Shown here piece after piece: positions 37,417 to 46,070 of a stretch of 63,549 nucleotides of DNA. Origin of the DNA: a virus (Duplodnaviria > Caudoviricetes); IMG/VR virus record IMGVR_UViG_3300021598_000208, positions 1 through 63,549 of that record, one strand, 5' to 3'. The notes beneath the pieces are model-generated. The model searched no databases and was not told the DNA's origin. It worked only from the letters and a program-made list of their open reading frames with translations. A program made the position numbers and the translations under genes. Position 1 is the first letter of the stretch; each line of letters starts with the position of its first letter.

Positions 37417-39030
37417 ATGGTAGAAACGTCAGGAGTTGGGTATTCACCCAAGGATTTGCAGTTCGGTTCGGACGGCAGAAAGAAACTTATCAGTGGTGTA
37501 GTAAAGATGTCTAAGGCTGTTAAGTCAACGCTTGGACCAAGTGGTAACACTGTACTCATTGAGAGTCCACATCACACACACGGCATTACAGTTACCAAAG
37601 ATGGTGTAACAGTTGCCAAGTCAATTGACCTCATTGACCCAAGCGAGAACCTTGCGGTTAAGATGATGAAAGAAGCGGCAGACAAGACAGCTACCGCTGC
37701 CGGTGATGGTACAACCACAGCGATTGTCTTGACTGAAGGATTGGTACTTGGTGGACTTGAGCATATCAAAGAGGATATGAACAGGACTGAGGTGCTGAGA
37801 CATATGGTGGACATTAGTAACAAGGTGGTGGACAAGTTAAGACGTAAGGCAAAGAAAGTGAGCAGCACGATGTTATTGGATGTGGCATCAATAAGTGCCA
37901 ACAATGACAGAGAGATTGGTCGCATTATTGCTGAGGTGTATAAAGACGTAGGTAAGACCGGTATTGTTACAGTGGAGAGAAGCCAAACGGCAGACACATA
38001 TGCTGAGACGACCAAGGGATTGAAGTTTGACAGGGGGTATTTGAGTCCGATGTTTATCAATGACGTGAAAAAGGACGAGTGTGTGTTTGAGGATGTGATG
38101 GTATTGGTAGCTGATATGGAGATAGCTAACATCCTGCAGATTGAAAACGTGTTGAAGCCAATCATTAGTGAGGGAAAGAAGCTACTTATCATTTCTCCGT
38201 GTAATACAAACGTGGTTAACACGCTTGCAGCGAACACAGTGAAGGGGAATTTGAAAGTGGTGGCTGTGCCTCCGCCTAATTTTGGCTACAAGCAGCACGA
38301 GTTGATGCAAGATATTGCGATTAGTGTAGGAGCAACCTACTATAGTGAGAAGACGGGTGATGATTTGAGCCATATCAACTACGGAGACTTAGGTCACGCA
38401 GGGAAAGTTATTGTGAGCAAGGACAAAACTGTGATTATTCGCAGTGCAGCCAAGGCTGACCAAGCAGCAATTGATGAAAGAGTGGCTCAATTGTGGGAGG
38501 CACATAGTCAAGCGACTAAAAAAGCGGACAAAGACTTCTTATTGGAGAGAATAGCGTCACTTACAGGTGGCATTGGTGTAATATTCGTAGGTGGTCAGAC
38601 TGACCTTGAGCAAAAAGAGTTGTATGATAGAGTTGATGATGCAGTTTGTGCAGTACGTTCCGCACTTGAGGAGGGTATTTTACCGGGTGCCGGCAAAGCG
38701 TTACTTGATGAGAGTGCTGAGATTGAAATGTTAGGCACAAGTCGTGAGTATGAGGCAGCAGTTAACATTGTTCGCAACGCTCTTATGGCTCCATTCCAAC
38801 AAATCTTGGCTAACGCAGGATTGAAACCAAGTGATGTGTACAAAGAAGGTACGCCTGTTGGTCACGGATACAACCTAAAGACCGGTCAGATGGGTGACTT
38901 GGTGCAGATGGGTGTAATTGACCCGTTAAAGGTGACACGCAGTGCGCTTCAAAACGCAATCAGTGTAGCTGTAACCATCCTAAGTACAAACGCAATTATC
39001 ACAATGGCTCGTAGCTACGAGCAACAATAG
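37417..39030 (+). CDS. groEL: Chaperonin GroEL
   Basis: TLGPSG, VTKDGVTVAK, AGDGTTTA, FDRGYLSP and GVIDPLKVTRSAL. Confidence 0.97.
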   Translation: MVETSGVGYSPKDLQFGSDGRKKLISGVVKMSKAVKSTLGPSGNTVLIESPHHTHGITVTKDGVTVAKSIDLIDPSENLAVKMMKEAADKTATAAGDGTTTAIVLTEGLVLGGLEHIKEDMNRTEVLRHMVDISNKVVDKLRRKAKKVSSTMLLDVASISANNDREIGRIIAEVYKDVGKTGIVTVERSQTADTYAETTKGLKFDRGYLSPMFINDVKKDECVFEDVMVLVADMEIANILQIENVLKPIISEGKKLLIISPCNTNVVNTLAANTVKGNLKVVAVPPPNFGYKQHELMQDIAISVGATYYSEKTGDDLSHINYGDLGHAGKVIVSKDKTVIIRSAAKADQAAIDERVAQLWEAHSQATKKADKDFLLERIASLTGGIGVIFVGGQTDLEQKELYDRVDDAVCAVRSALEEGILPGAGKALLDESAEIEMLGTSREYEAAVNIVRNALMAPFQQILANAGLKPSDVYKEGTPVGHGYNLKTGQMGDLVQMGVIDPLKVTRSALQNAISVAVTILSTNAIITMARSYEQQ

Positions 39031-39177
39031 AAAGATTATGATAAAATTTAATAATGGGTTAGTAATATTAGGCAATCCCCAAATTACCAAAAGTGGATTT
39101 GGGGTCAAAATAATAAATGACTTTGGATTAAATTTAGAATTATCAAATAATATTTGGAATATATTAATTCAAAATAA

Positions 39178-39435
39178 ATGAAACCAATAGGTAAATACAT
39201 TGTAGTCAAAGACATACACGAGACCGTGACTACGGAAAGTGGTCTGATATTGTCAGGCGAGGATACCAATCAGCTTAGATACAAGAAGGCTTCTGTTATT
39301 GCAGCAGGCACTGACGTTGAAGCAATTGAGCAGGGTGATGAGTTGTACTATGACAAGGCTCACAGCTTCACAATGCTGATTGATGATGCGCAATACACTG
39401 TCATCTCAGAACGTGACGTTGTGGTTGTGGTCTAA
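39178..39435 (+). CDS. groES: Co-chaperonin GroES
   Basis: MKPIGKYIVVK...TTESGLIL...VIAAG...GD...ISERDV. Confidence 0.85.
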   Translation: MKPIGKYIVVKDIHETVTTESGLILSGEDTNQLRYKKASVIAAGTDVEAIEQGDELYYDKAHSFTMLIDDAQYTVISERDVVVVV

Positions 39436-39884
39436 TCCTCAGCTTCAGGCTTACGATACTTATTCTCTCTTTGATAAGCGTTCATTTGGATGATAGCATT
39501 CCGGTAAACCTTGTCACTGTAGGACACATTCTTAGCAAACAATGGGTTTGCAGCAGTACTAACGGGGATTTCTTCCCCGTTTAGTATTTTATAGATAGAC
39601 CCAATTATCCTTTTGGATTTGTATGACAGGTCATACAGGGTCTTCTCTTTACCTTTTCTCTTGCGAAAAATTTCTATCCATCCTTGGCGCTTCAGCTTAT
39701 GGAAACGACCTACTTCCCAACTTACGGTCTCGTTAAACTCCAAGAATTTTTCCTGACCGAAGTATCCTTCCGAGTAAAGGAACAGTAAAATATCGAGGTC
39801 AGATTGCCCCAAACCGTATTTTGATTTGATGTAGTACCTAACTACCCTCCAAAATTTTAGGTAATCATTTGGTGGTGTTTTCAT
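39432..39884 (-). CDS. Winged-helix (MarR-like) DNA-binding protein
   Basis: YGL..SDLDILLFLY...FHKLKRQGWIE.FRKR...LYDLS; AAATCAAATG leader; lone minus-strand gene in this region. Confidence 0.55.
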   Translation of the reverse strand: MKTPPNDYLKFWRVVRYYIKSKYGLGQSDLDILLFLYSEGYFGQEKFLEFNETVSWEVGRFHKLKRQGWIEIFRKRKGKEKTLYDLSYKSKRIIGSIYKILNGEEIPVSTAANPLFAKNVSYSDKVYRNAIIQMNAYQRENKYRKPEAED

Positions 39885-39899
39885 TTGATTTAATTTTAT

Positions 39900-39907
39900 T
39901 ACATTTG
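39900..39907 (+). promoter_or_regulatory. -7 promoter element TACATTTG
   Basis: In the divergent gap before the basic-protein cluster. Confidence 0.55.
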
Positions 39908-39930
39908 TATGGCAAAGTTATAATTTTATT

Positions 39931-40164
39931 ATGGCAAAAAAGAAACCACAACCAAGTAACGCTGAAGATATTGAGTCTATAAGAGAGACTTTAGATAGTC
40001 TTAACTTTAGAAACGACCAAGCTGAACGTGTGCAATCTATGCAACGTGGTAGAGAAAGAGTTCGTGATAGAATTGGTAGAAACAAGGAGCGTAGAGTAGC
40101 TACTGCAGGTAGAACATCTTTGCAAACATTAAACAGTTCATTAGGAAACCAATTTAAAAAATAA
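39931..40164 (+). CDS. Small Arg-rich protein
   Basis: 77 aa ORF. Confidence 0.65.
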   Translation: MAKKKPQPSNAEDIESIRETLDSLNFRNDQAERVQSMQRGRERVRDRIGRNKERRVATAGRTSLQTLNSSLGNQFKK

Positions 40165-40168
40165 TAAA

Positions 40169-40389
40169 ATGGCAACGAAACAATTAGGCAATCCAAAATG
40201 TGCACCGGGTAAATCTTGCGCTGCAACTACAAGTGAAGGAATGCGTGAAGATAACAAAGTGCACGTGAAGGTGCATCGTTTCAAAAAAAATATAGTAAAG
40301 CATATGATGCTGCTGAGAAAGCTAATCCTGAGAAAGGATACAAGTGGCTTGACAGCACAGCTATGGCAAATATTTATGGTCGTAAATAA
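40169..40389 (+). pseudogene. Small protein with apparent frameshift near 40258
   Basis: The alternative frame SAREGASFQKKYSKAYDAAEKANPEKGYKW...GRK* looks native and ends before the next leader. Confidence 0.45.
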
Positions 40390-40419
40390 ATTAATTTATA
40401 ATTTTAAAAAAACAAAAAA

Positions 40420-40608
40420 ATGAAAAAGTCAGTTCCAAATCTTCCTGCATCTTCTAAGTTACAACCTCCTTCAGGTGGTGGTCCACAAATCAAGAATGCA
40501 TTAAAAGCAAAACCATTAGCAATGTCTAAAGGCGTTCCTTCTAAAGGTGCTAAAGTTGCTGTTAAAGCTGCAGGTGTAGCTAAGAAATTAGTTAAAAAAG
40601 CAAAATAA
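40420..40608 (+). CDS. Small Lys/Ala/Pro-rich basic protein
   Basis: Histone H1-like composition. Confidence 0.65.
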   Translation: MKKSVPNLPASSKLQPPSGGGPQIKNALKAKPLAMSKGVPSKGAKVAVKAAGVAKKLVKKAK

Positions 40609-40614
40609 AAAACA

Positions 40615-40791
40615 ATGGCAAAGTCAAAATTAATTGAAGAAGTAATTCAAGAAGATGTTGTGGTATCTGAAGAAGTAGCTGCTGAAGTAAAGAAAGCTGT
40701 TGCTCCTAAAGACCCATATGCAGTTCCTGAATTAAAAGAAAAAGATATTGTAACAACTCCGGGTCACACAAAGCGTGACTTTAGAAACTAA
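40615..40791 (+). CDS. Small protein (58 aa, not in ORF track)
   Basis: MAKSKLIEEVIQEDVVVSEE...PGHTKRDFRN. Confidence 0.65.
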   Translation: MAKSKLIEEVIQEDVVVSEEVAAEVKKAVAPKDPYAVPELKEKDIVTTPGHTKRDFRN

Positions 40792-40832
40792 TTTCTGTTT
40801 GCGTAGCATACAGAATTAGAAACTGTTAAGAT

Positions 40833-41123
40833 ATGGCAGACAAGTCAAAAATGCAATGTAACCGTCCTACTGCTTCGGATAGACCGGGCAAGAAGAAGAT
40901 GGTTAAAGCCTGTTCCGGAGGGGAGGAGAAACTCCTCCACTTCGGAGCCAAAGGCTATGGTAATAATTACTCTGCTGCTGCTCGTAAAAGTTTTAAAGCA
41001 AGACATAGTTGCGATACAGCTACAGATAAACTGACCCCAAGGTATTGGGCGTGTAAGAACCTATGGGCAGGACCCGGAGGTTCAACCACTTCTAATCCAA
41101 AAGGTCGTAGAGGAAAATACTAA
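40833..41123 (+). CDS. Small basic phage protein
   Basis: HFGAKGY...ARKSFKARHSC...RYWACKNLW. Confidence 0.8.
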   Translation: MADKSKMQCNRPTASDRPGKKKMVKACSGGEEKLLHFGAKGYGNNYSAAARKSFKARHSCDTATDKLTPRYWACKNLWAGPGGSTTSNPKGRRGKY

Positions 41124-41458
41124 TGAAAGACGCTTGCTATAAAAAAGTCAAAGCATCGTATGATGTATTCCCATCTGCTCGTGCATCACAAGCAATAGCT
41201 AAGTGTCGCAAGGGTTCAGGTGTGGTGAGAAAGACTGAGGCAGGCAGTAGTTTGAAAAGGTGGGAGAAAGAGAAGTGGCAGGATACAAAAACAGGTAAAG
41301 CCTGTGGTGCAGGTGGTAGCAATGAATATTGCAGACCAACAACAAGAGTGTCTTCAAAGACACCGAAAACAAAATCGGAAATAAGTCCTTCTAAACTTGC
41401 CTCTAAAAAAGCTGAGAAGTCAAGAGTTGGTATGGGTAGAAGAGTTTTAAATATTTAA
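41123..41458 (+). CDS. Small basic phage protein (DUF5872-like)
   Basis: KDACYKKVK..Y.VFPSA.AS; LKRW.KEKW; YCRP..RVSSKTPKT. Confidence 0.75.
   Translation: MKDACYKKVKASYDVFPSARASQAIAKCRKGSGVVRKTEAGSSLKRWEKEKWQDTKTGKACGAGGSNEYCRPTTRVSSKTPKTKSEISPSKLASKKAEKSRVGMGRRVLNI
41348..41363 (+). repeat. 16-bp palindrome copy 10 (intragenic)
   Basis: Exact match, read as VSSKT. Confidence 0.9.
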
Positions 41459-41468
41459 AATTAAAATT

Positions 41469-41690
41469 ATGAACAGAGATTATCCATTATCACCGACTCC
41501 TATGGCAGGATTTGTTCCTGTTTTAGATGGAGTTAAAGTAAAAAAAGGACCAAACAGAAGTGTTGCTAAAAGAACTACTGTTAACGAAGATGGCAGCAAA
41601 AAAGTTGTAAAAGAAGTTGTCAACAATCGTGGTTATAAAGTTGTAAGAAAAGTTGATGGTAAACGTACTGAACTAGGTAAGTCTTATTAA
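41469..41690 (+). CDS. Small basic protein
   Basis: 73 aa ORF. Confidence 0.65.
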   Translation: MNRDYPLSPTPMAGFVPVLDGVKVKKGPNRSVAKRTTVNEDGSKKVVKEVVNNRGYKVVRKVDGKRTELGKSY

Positions 41691-41691
41691 T

Positions 41692-41817
41692 ATGAAAAAC
41701 GTAATAAAAAAAGCAGCAAAGTACGAATCTAAGAAATCATTGGAAGGTCCAATGAAGTTTCTTAAAGGGAACGTAACTAAACCTGCAAAAACAATAACAC
41801 TTAAAAAAAAGAAATAA
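41692..41817 (+). CDS. Small basic protein (41 aa, not in ORF track)
   Basis: MKNVIKKAAKYESKKSLEGPMKFLKG...; tiles between neighbours. Confidence 0.55.
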   Translation: MKNVIKKAAKYESKKSLEGPMKFLKGNVTKPAKTITLKKKK

Positions 41818-41822
41818 TAGCT

Positions 41823-41981
41823 ATGAGCAAGTTCAAACAACTAAGCGAAAAGATTCAAAAGAAACAAGGTGTTAGTGAGAAATCAGCTAATGCTATCGCA
41901 GCTACAATTGGTCGTAACAAGTATGGTGCTAATGTTTTTTCTAAGATGGCTACTAAAGCTAATAAAGGCAAAAAGAAGTAA
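41823..41981 (+). CDS. Small basic protein (52 aa, not in ORF track)
   Basis: MSKFKQLSEKIQKKQGVSEKSANAIAATIGRNKYG... Confidence 0.65.
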   Translation: MSKFKQLSEKIQKKQGVSEKSANAIAATIGRNKYGANVFSKMATKANKGKKK

Positions 41982-41982
41982 T

Positions 41983-42159
41983 ATGCAACAACAACAAAAC
42001 AAAAGCAAAGGTCTTGGCGACACTATTGAGAAGTTTACAACTGCTACCGGTATTAAGAAGGTAGTAGATACTGTAGCGAAAGCAACAGGCAAAGATTGTG
42101 GATGTAAAGAACGCAGAGACGCTTTAAACAGAGCATTTCCTTATCAAGATAAAAAATAA
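41983..42159 (+). CDS. Small phage protein
   Basis: SKGLGDTIEKFT.ATGIKK...DCGC.ERR..LN; ATG 41983 preferred as start. Confidence 0.75.
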   Translation: MQQQQNKSKGLGDTIEKFTTATGIKKVVDTVAKATGKDCGCKERRDALNRAFPYQDKK

Positions 42160-42164
42160 AAAAT

Positions 42165-42656
42165 ATGTCAGTTTTCAAAACAACATTTACAAGAGCATTA
42201 AGAGTTATACCTACTGATAATGCTGACGTTCCTACACCATATGTTATTAGTACAGGAACAAACACTTCTGCTGTAACTAATCAATTAGTAAATACAGCAG
42301 GTAATTTTATAAACTTAAATGTAGCTGTTGGTGATATTGTTTACAATACAACTGATGGAACTGCTGCAACTGTAGTATCAGTAACAAGTGCAACTGTTAT
42401 TGTTCTTAATGCAAATATATTTGCTGCGACAGGAAAAAACTATGTTATCTATCAAGATTCTCCACAAACAAGTGGTGGTAACAACGGATGTTTCTTATTT
42501 ATAGGAGGAGCAGGCAACGTAGCAGTTACAACAATTGGAGGAGATGACATTACATTCAATGCAGTTCCTGTTGGAACAATTTTACCTGTACAAGTTTTAA
42601 AAGTTAAGGCTTCAGGCAGCGGTACAACAGCAACATTAATTAACGCACTTTGGTAA
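42165..42656 (+). CDS. Putative virion spike/base protein
   Basis: Beta-rich; LFIGGAGNV.V...F..VPVGT.LPV.V.KV. Confidence 0.65.
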   Translation: MSVFKTTFTRALRVIPTDNADVPTPYVISTGTNTSAVTNQLVNTAGNFINLNVAVGDIVYNTTDGTAATVVSVTSATVIVLNANIFAATGKNYVIYQDSPQTSGGNNGCFLFIGGAGNVAVTTIGGDDITFNAVPVGTILPVQVLKVKASGSGTTATLINALW

Positions 42657-42665
42657 TTTAATAAT

Positions 42666-42956
42666 ATGAATCACCAAGATAACAGCAGACTTGATATTAT
42701 GGCAGACGAATTAGAGTCTATCAAAGCAGAAGTTTCTGAGATGAAGGCTATGCTTAAAGATGTATATACTCTTTTAGCCGGCAATCCAATTGACAAAGAT
42801 TCAAGTGGGCTTATTGGTAATTTTAAAGAAGTTAAGAAAGAAGTATATGAGTTAAAAGCTGAGTTGAAAAGATACAAGGCTTACTTCTATGCGTTGGTTA
42901 CTTTGGTTGGATTAGGTGCATTAAAAGTTATTACTGAATTTATACTTAGAAAATAA
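42666..42956 (+). CDS. Coiled-coil protein with C-terminal TM helix
   Basis: Hydrophobic FYALVTLVGLGALKVI segment. Confidence 0.65.
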   Translation: MNHQDNSRLDIMADELESIKAEVSEMKAMLKDVYTLLAGNPIDKDSSGLIGNFKEVKKEVYELKAELKRYKAYFYALVTLVGLGALKVITEFILRK

Positions 42957-43087
42957 TGGCAAAGGCAACAAACACAAGTTCTTATATCAGAAAGCCTAAG
43001 AAAAGAGGCGTAGCTGCAAAAAATAAAACAAGTACGAATAAAGCAAGCAAACTTTATAAGAAAGCGTACAGAGGTCAAGGACGATAA
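42956..43087 (+). CDS. Small basic protein (43 aa, not in ORF track)
   Basis: MAKATNTSSYIRKPKKRG...YKKAYRGQGR; TAATG coupling. Confidence 0.65.
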   Translation: MAKATNTSSYIRKPKKRGVAAKNKTSTNKASKLYKKAYRGQGR

Positions 43088-43098
43088 ATAATACTACA

Positions 43099-43392
43099 AT
43101 GGCAGTAAAAAATTTAAACCCAATAACGAGCGTAATGGACTTCAAAACATTTGCGAAGAATCCAATTGTAGCTACGTTATTCTTGGTATTGATAGCGGTA
43201 TCGTACTTATACATAGATGTTAAATCAACATTTAAAGAGCAGATAGTTTCTCAAAGTGCAAAGGTTGATAAGCTAGAAAGCAAAGTTGAAGTTATGCAGT
43301 TGACTTTAAGAAAGACCGACTCATCATTGGCTGCAGCTACTTCTAAGCTAAGCACGTTAGAACAATTAGGTAAAATTCAAAGCATTAAGTAA
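43099..43392 (+). CDS. N-terminal TM + coiled-coil protein (i-spanin-like)
   Basis: IVATLFLVLIAVSYLYI followed by heptad repeats. Confidence 0.55.
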   Translation: MAVKNLNPITSVMDFKTFAKNPIVATLFLVLIAVSYLYIDVKSTFKEQIVSQSAKVDKLESKVEVMQLTLRKTDSSLAAATSKLSTLEQLGKIQSIK

Positions 43393-43739
43393 TGAAGTAT
43401 TTATTTTTACTTTTTCTAACAGGATGTACATTAAGTGCTCAACAGCAAGATGCAGAGCAAGAAAAAGATGCTGAGTTTAAAAAGCTAATTGAGAATGCAA
43501 AGCAAAATCATAGCAATTTTCATCAGGTACACGAAAAGGCAAAAAAGAAAGAAGACAAATTAGTTGCTCAGGCAATTACTAAAATAGTAACTTTGAAAGC
43601 AGAAGTTAAAGACCTTAAAAGCGAGATTAGTGGTATGAAGGTTAGGGTAGATACAGTGTACATACACGATACCATTCAGATTAAAGAGAAGAAGAACTTT
43701 TGGGGTAAAACTAAAGTTGACACTACAAATAACGAATAA
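43392..43739 (+). CDS. Lipoprotein with coiled coil (o-spanin-like)
   Basis: MKYLFLLFLTG-C lipobox. Confidence 0.55.
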   Translation: MKYLFLLFLTGCTLSAQQQDAEQEKDAEFKKLIENAKQNHSNFHQVHEKAKKKEDKLVAQAITKIVTLKAEVKDLKSEISGMKVRVDTVYIHDTIQIKEKKNFWGKTKVDTTNNE

Positions 43740-43969
43740 TGAAAAAAGTTTTTAATTGGTTAGGAGGTTTTTTTTCCTCAGAAAGTGGAACATCAAGTAA
43801 GAGATTAGTAGGTATAATTGGAGCGTTTGCTTTGTTTTATACCCTATATGATAACTCAAAGACTCAGGGTGACTTTGCTCCGGCAGACTCACTTGTATGG
43901 GCAACGTTTGCACTTAGTGCTGTGGCATTAGGTCTTACAACCATTGAGGCAGTAACAGGACTTATCTGA
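43739..43969 (+). CDS. Putative holin (two TM helices), possibly 3'-truncated
   Basis: SSKRL motif followed by two hydrophobic helices; adjacent to the endolysin. Confidence 0.6.
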   Translation: MKKVFNWLGGFFSSESGTSSKRLVGIIGAFALFYTLYDNSKTQGDFAPADSLVWATFALSAVALGLTTIEAVTGLI

Positions 43970-44012
43970 GTTAATCAGAAGCGAATCAGCTAAGCGTAAT
44001 GGCATTAGTAAT

Positions 44013-44420
44013 ATGCCTACAGAAGAGCATATTGCCAACTTTAAGTTATTAGCTGAGAATGTATTTGAGCCTATTCGCAATAACTTTAGATGTCCAATTC
44101 ATATCTCAAGTGGATACAGGTCTGCTGAACTTAACAAATGCATTGGTGGCTCATCTACCTCTCAGCATTGCAAAGGTCAGGCTGTTGACATTGATATGGA
44201 CGGCACTCCAAATGGTGTGACTAATAAGATGGTCTTTGATTATATCAAGGACAACTTAGAGTTCGACCAATTGATAGCTGAGTTCCCAAAACAGGGTAAG
44301 CCTGATTGGGTGCACGTTTCTTACAGTGAAGGTAAAAATAGAAAGCAAATACTTGTAGCTAAAAAGGTTAATAGTAAAACTACATACATATCTTACAGTA
44401 GTGAAAAAGACCTTTCATAA
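44013..44420 (+). CDS. Endolysin, peptidase M15 family (true 5' end apparently missing)
   Basis: ISSGYRS..LN..IGG...SQH.KGQAVDI and WVHVSY. The frame extends upstream as DLSELIRSESAKRNGISN with no start codon. Confidence 0.9.
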   Translation: MPTEEHIANFKLLAENVFEPIRNNFRCPIHISSGYRSAELNKCIGGSSTSQHCKGQAVDIDMDGTPNGVTNKMVFDYIKDNLEFDQLIAEFPKQGKPDWVHVSYSEGKNRKQILVAKKVNSKTTYISYSSEKDLS

Positions 44421-45097
44421 TGGCTTATGTATACAGGCATATTAGGTTAGATAAAAATCAACCATTTTACATTGGCGTTGGAACGTATGATACATACAAA
44501 AGAGCGTACGATAAAAAAAACAGGAATTTACATTGGAATAATATCGTCAAAAAAACTGATTATGAGGTTGATATTTTAATTGATGGGCTTTCAGAAAAAG
44601 ATGCTTTTGCTAAAGAGATTGAATTTATATCTTTATATGGAAAGTCTTGTAATGGAGGTTTGCTTTGTAATATAACTGACGGTGGAGAGGGAGGATTTTT
44701 AAGTGAAGAGGTAAATGAAAAGAGAAAATTAGCCTTATTAGGTAGGAAATTACCAAGTCATATTAAAGAAAAGATAAGAATAAAGGCTATTGGAAGGAAG
44801 GCAAGTTTTCTTACAAAAGAAAAAATGTCTGAAATACATAAGAAAAACGGAACAGGAATATGGCTTAAAAGCAAAGGTCACCAAAATGGTAATGCAAAAT
44901 CTATTTCTCAGTTTGATTTAGATGGTAATTTTATAAAAACTTGGGAATGTTCTGCTTATGCTTGCAAGGAATTATTAATAAATAAGTCTTCATTGTCTTC
45001 CGTTTTAAATGGCAATCAAAAAACAGCAGGCGGTTTTATATGGAAATTTCATAAAATCAAATCAAATGGCAAAACATCTTACCTTAATATTACTTAG
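44420..45097 (+). mobile_element. Free-standing GIY-YIG-like homing endonuclease with NUMOD3/NUMOD1-type domains
   Basis: YVYRH...FYIGVG, LCNITDGGEG, TKEKMSE and QFDLDGNFIKTW...KTAGGFIWKF; AT-rich. Confidence 0.8.
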
Positions 45098-45521
45098 TTT
45101 TTTACTATTCTCTTGTGCCTCAAGGAAGGTAGCGGTTACCAAGACACAAGTAGAGACCCATATTGACAGCACAGTTGTCGAAAAGAAGGATAGCGTTTCT
45201 GTACAGCAGAACGCTATTTCTATTAAAGAGGATATTGATGAGGTTGAGATAGTACCTATTGATACAGCTAAGCCACTCGTAATTGATGGTAAGCAGTACT
45301 TCAATGCGACAGTTAGGCTTAAGAAAACACGCAGACACGTAGTAGACTCATCAAAATCCACTGTGTCTAAGTCTATTGAGAATAAGGTTTCGGTCAAGAA
45401 GGATATTAAAGCTAAAGGCTTTGAGAAGAAGGTCGACAAGAAAGCGAACTACTCAATGTTTTTATGGATTATTTTAATCTTATTAGTGCTATGGTTAGCA
45501 CGTAAGTATCTACCAAAATGA
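45066..45521 (+). CDS. Lipoprotein with C-terminal TM helix (u-spanin-like)
   Basis: ATG 45066; LLFS-C lipobox; beta-rich middle; FLWIILILLVLWLARK tail. Confidence 0.65.
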   Translation: MAKHLTLILLSFLLFSCASRKVAVTKTQVETHIDSTVVEKKDSVSVQQNAISIKEDIDEVEIVPIDTAKPLVIDGKQYFNATVRLKKTRRHVVDSSKSTVSKSIENKVSVKKDIKAKGFEKKVDKKANYSMFLWIILILLVLWLARKYLPK

Positions 45522-45535
45522 TAATTTTTATTTAC

Positions 45536-45543
45536 TATATTTG
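45536..45543 (+). promoter_or_regulatory. -7 promoter element TATATTTG
   Basis: Intergenic, upstream of the tail fibre operon. Confidence 0.6.
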
Positions 45544-45564
45544 TATAAATTAAACTTAAATCAA

Positions 45565-45804
45565 ATGGCAAACTTAACAGCAGAAGAATTGGATTTTATC
45601 CAAAAAGGAACACAAGATTTTACTAAGATTAAAATTAGTCTTGGAGACCTTGAGTTAAAGAAACAATCCCTTATTGCTCAAGCAGAGAAAATAATGGAGG
45701 CTTTCTCAAATAACGAAAAAGTTCTTATTGAGAAATACGGTCCTAATGCTGTAATTAATACGCAAACAGGAGAAGTAAAACAAAAAGAAGATGGGAAAAA
45801 TTAA
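45565..45804 (+). CDS. Small coiled-coil protein
   Basis: ATG follows AAATCAA; contains LIEKYG...INTQTGEV. Confidence 0.7.
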   Translation: MANLTAEELDFIQKGTQDFTKIKISLGDLELKKQSLIAQAEKIMEAFSNNEKVLIEKYGPNAVINTQTGEVKQKEDGKN

Positions 45805-46057
45805 TTCATATCCTAATAATTCTACCCCGCAGTTAAATGATAAACTTGTAGGTACGAGAGTTGGTAATTCACCTCCCGATGCAACTTATAACTTTACTCC
45901 TGCGTTGTTGTTAGCATTATTTCAGGCAAACTTTAACGCTACATCAATTGTTATAGCAAACGTTCCTGTATATGCAGATAATGCAGAAGCAGTAGCAGCC
46001 GGATTAGTTGTTGGTAAACTTTATAGAACAGGCGACTATTTGAAAATAGTGCATTAA
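45791..46057 (+). CDS. Small virion-associated protein
   Basis: N-terminus (MGKINSYP...DKLVGT) parallels that of the next tail fibre; contains YADNAEAVAAGL. Confidence 0.7.
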   Translation: MGKINSYPNNSTPQLNDKLVGTRVGNSPPDATYNFTPALLLALFQANFNATSIVIANVPVYADNAEAVAAGLVVGKLYRTGDYLKIVH

Positions 46058-46070
46058 AATTTCTTAGCGG

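Noticed and set aside
44013-45521. Group I intron around the homing endonuclease
   Set aside because: The endonuclease overlaps both neighbours directly, leaving no room for intron core structure.
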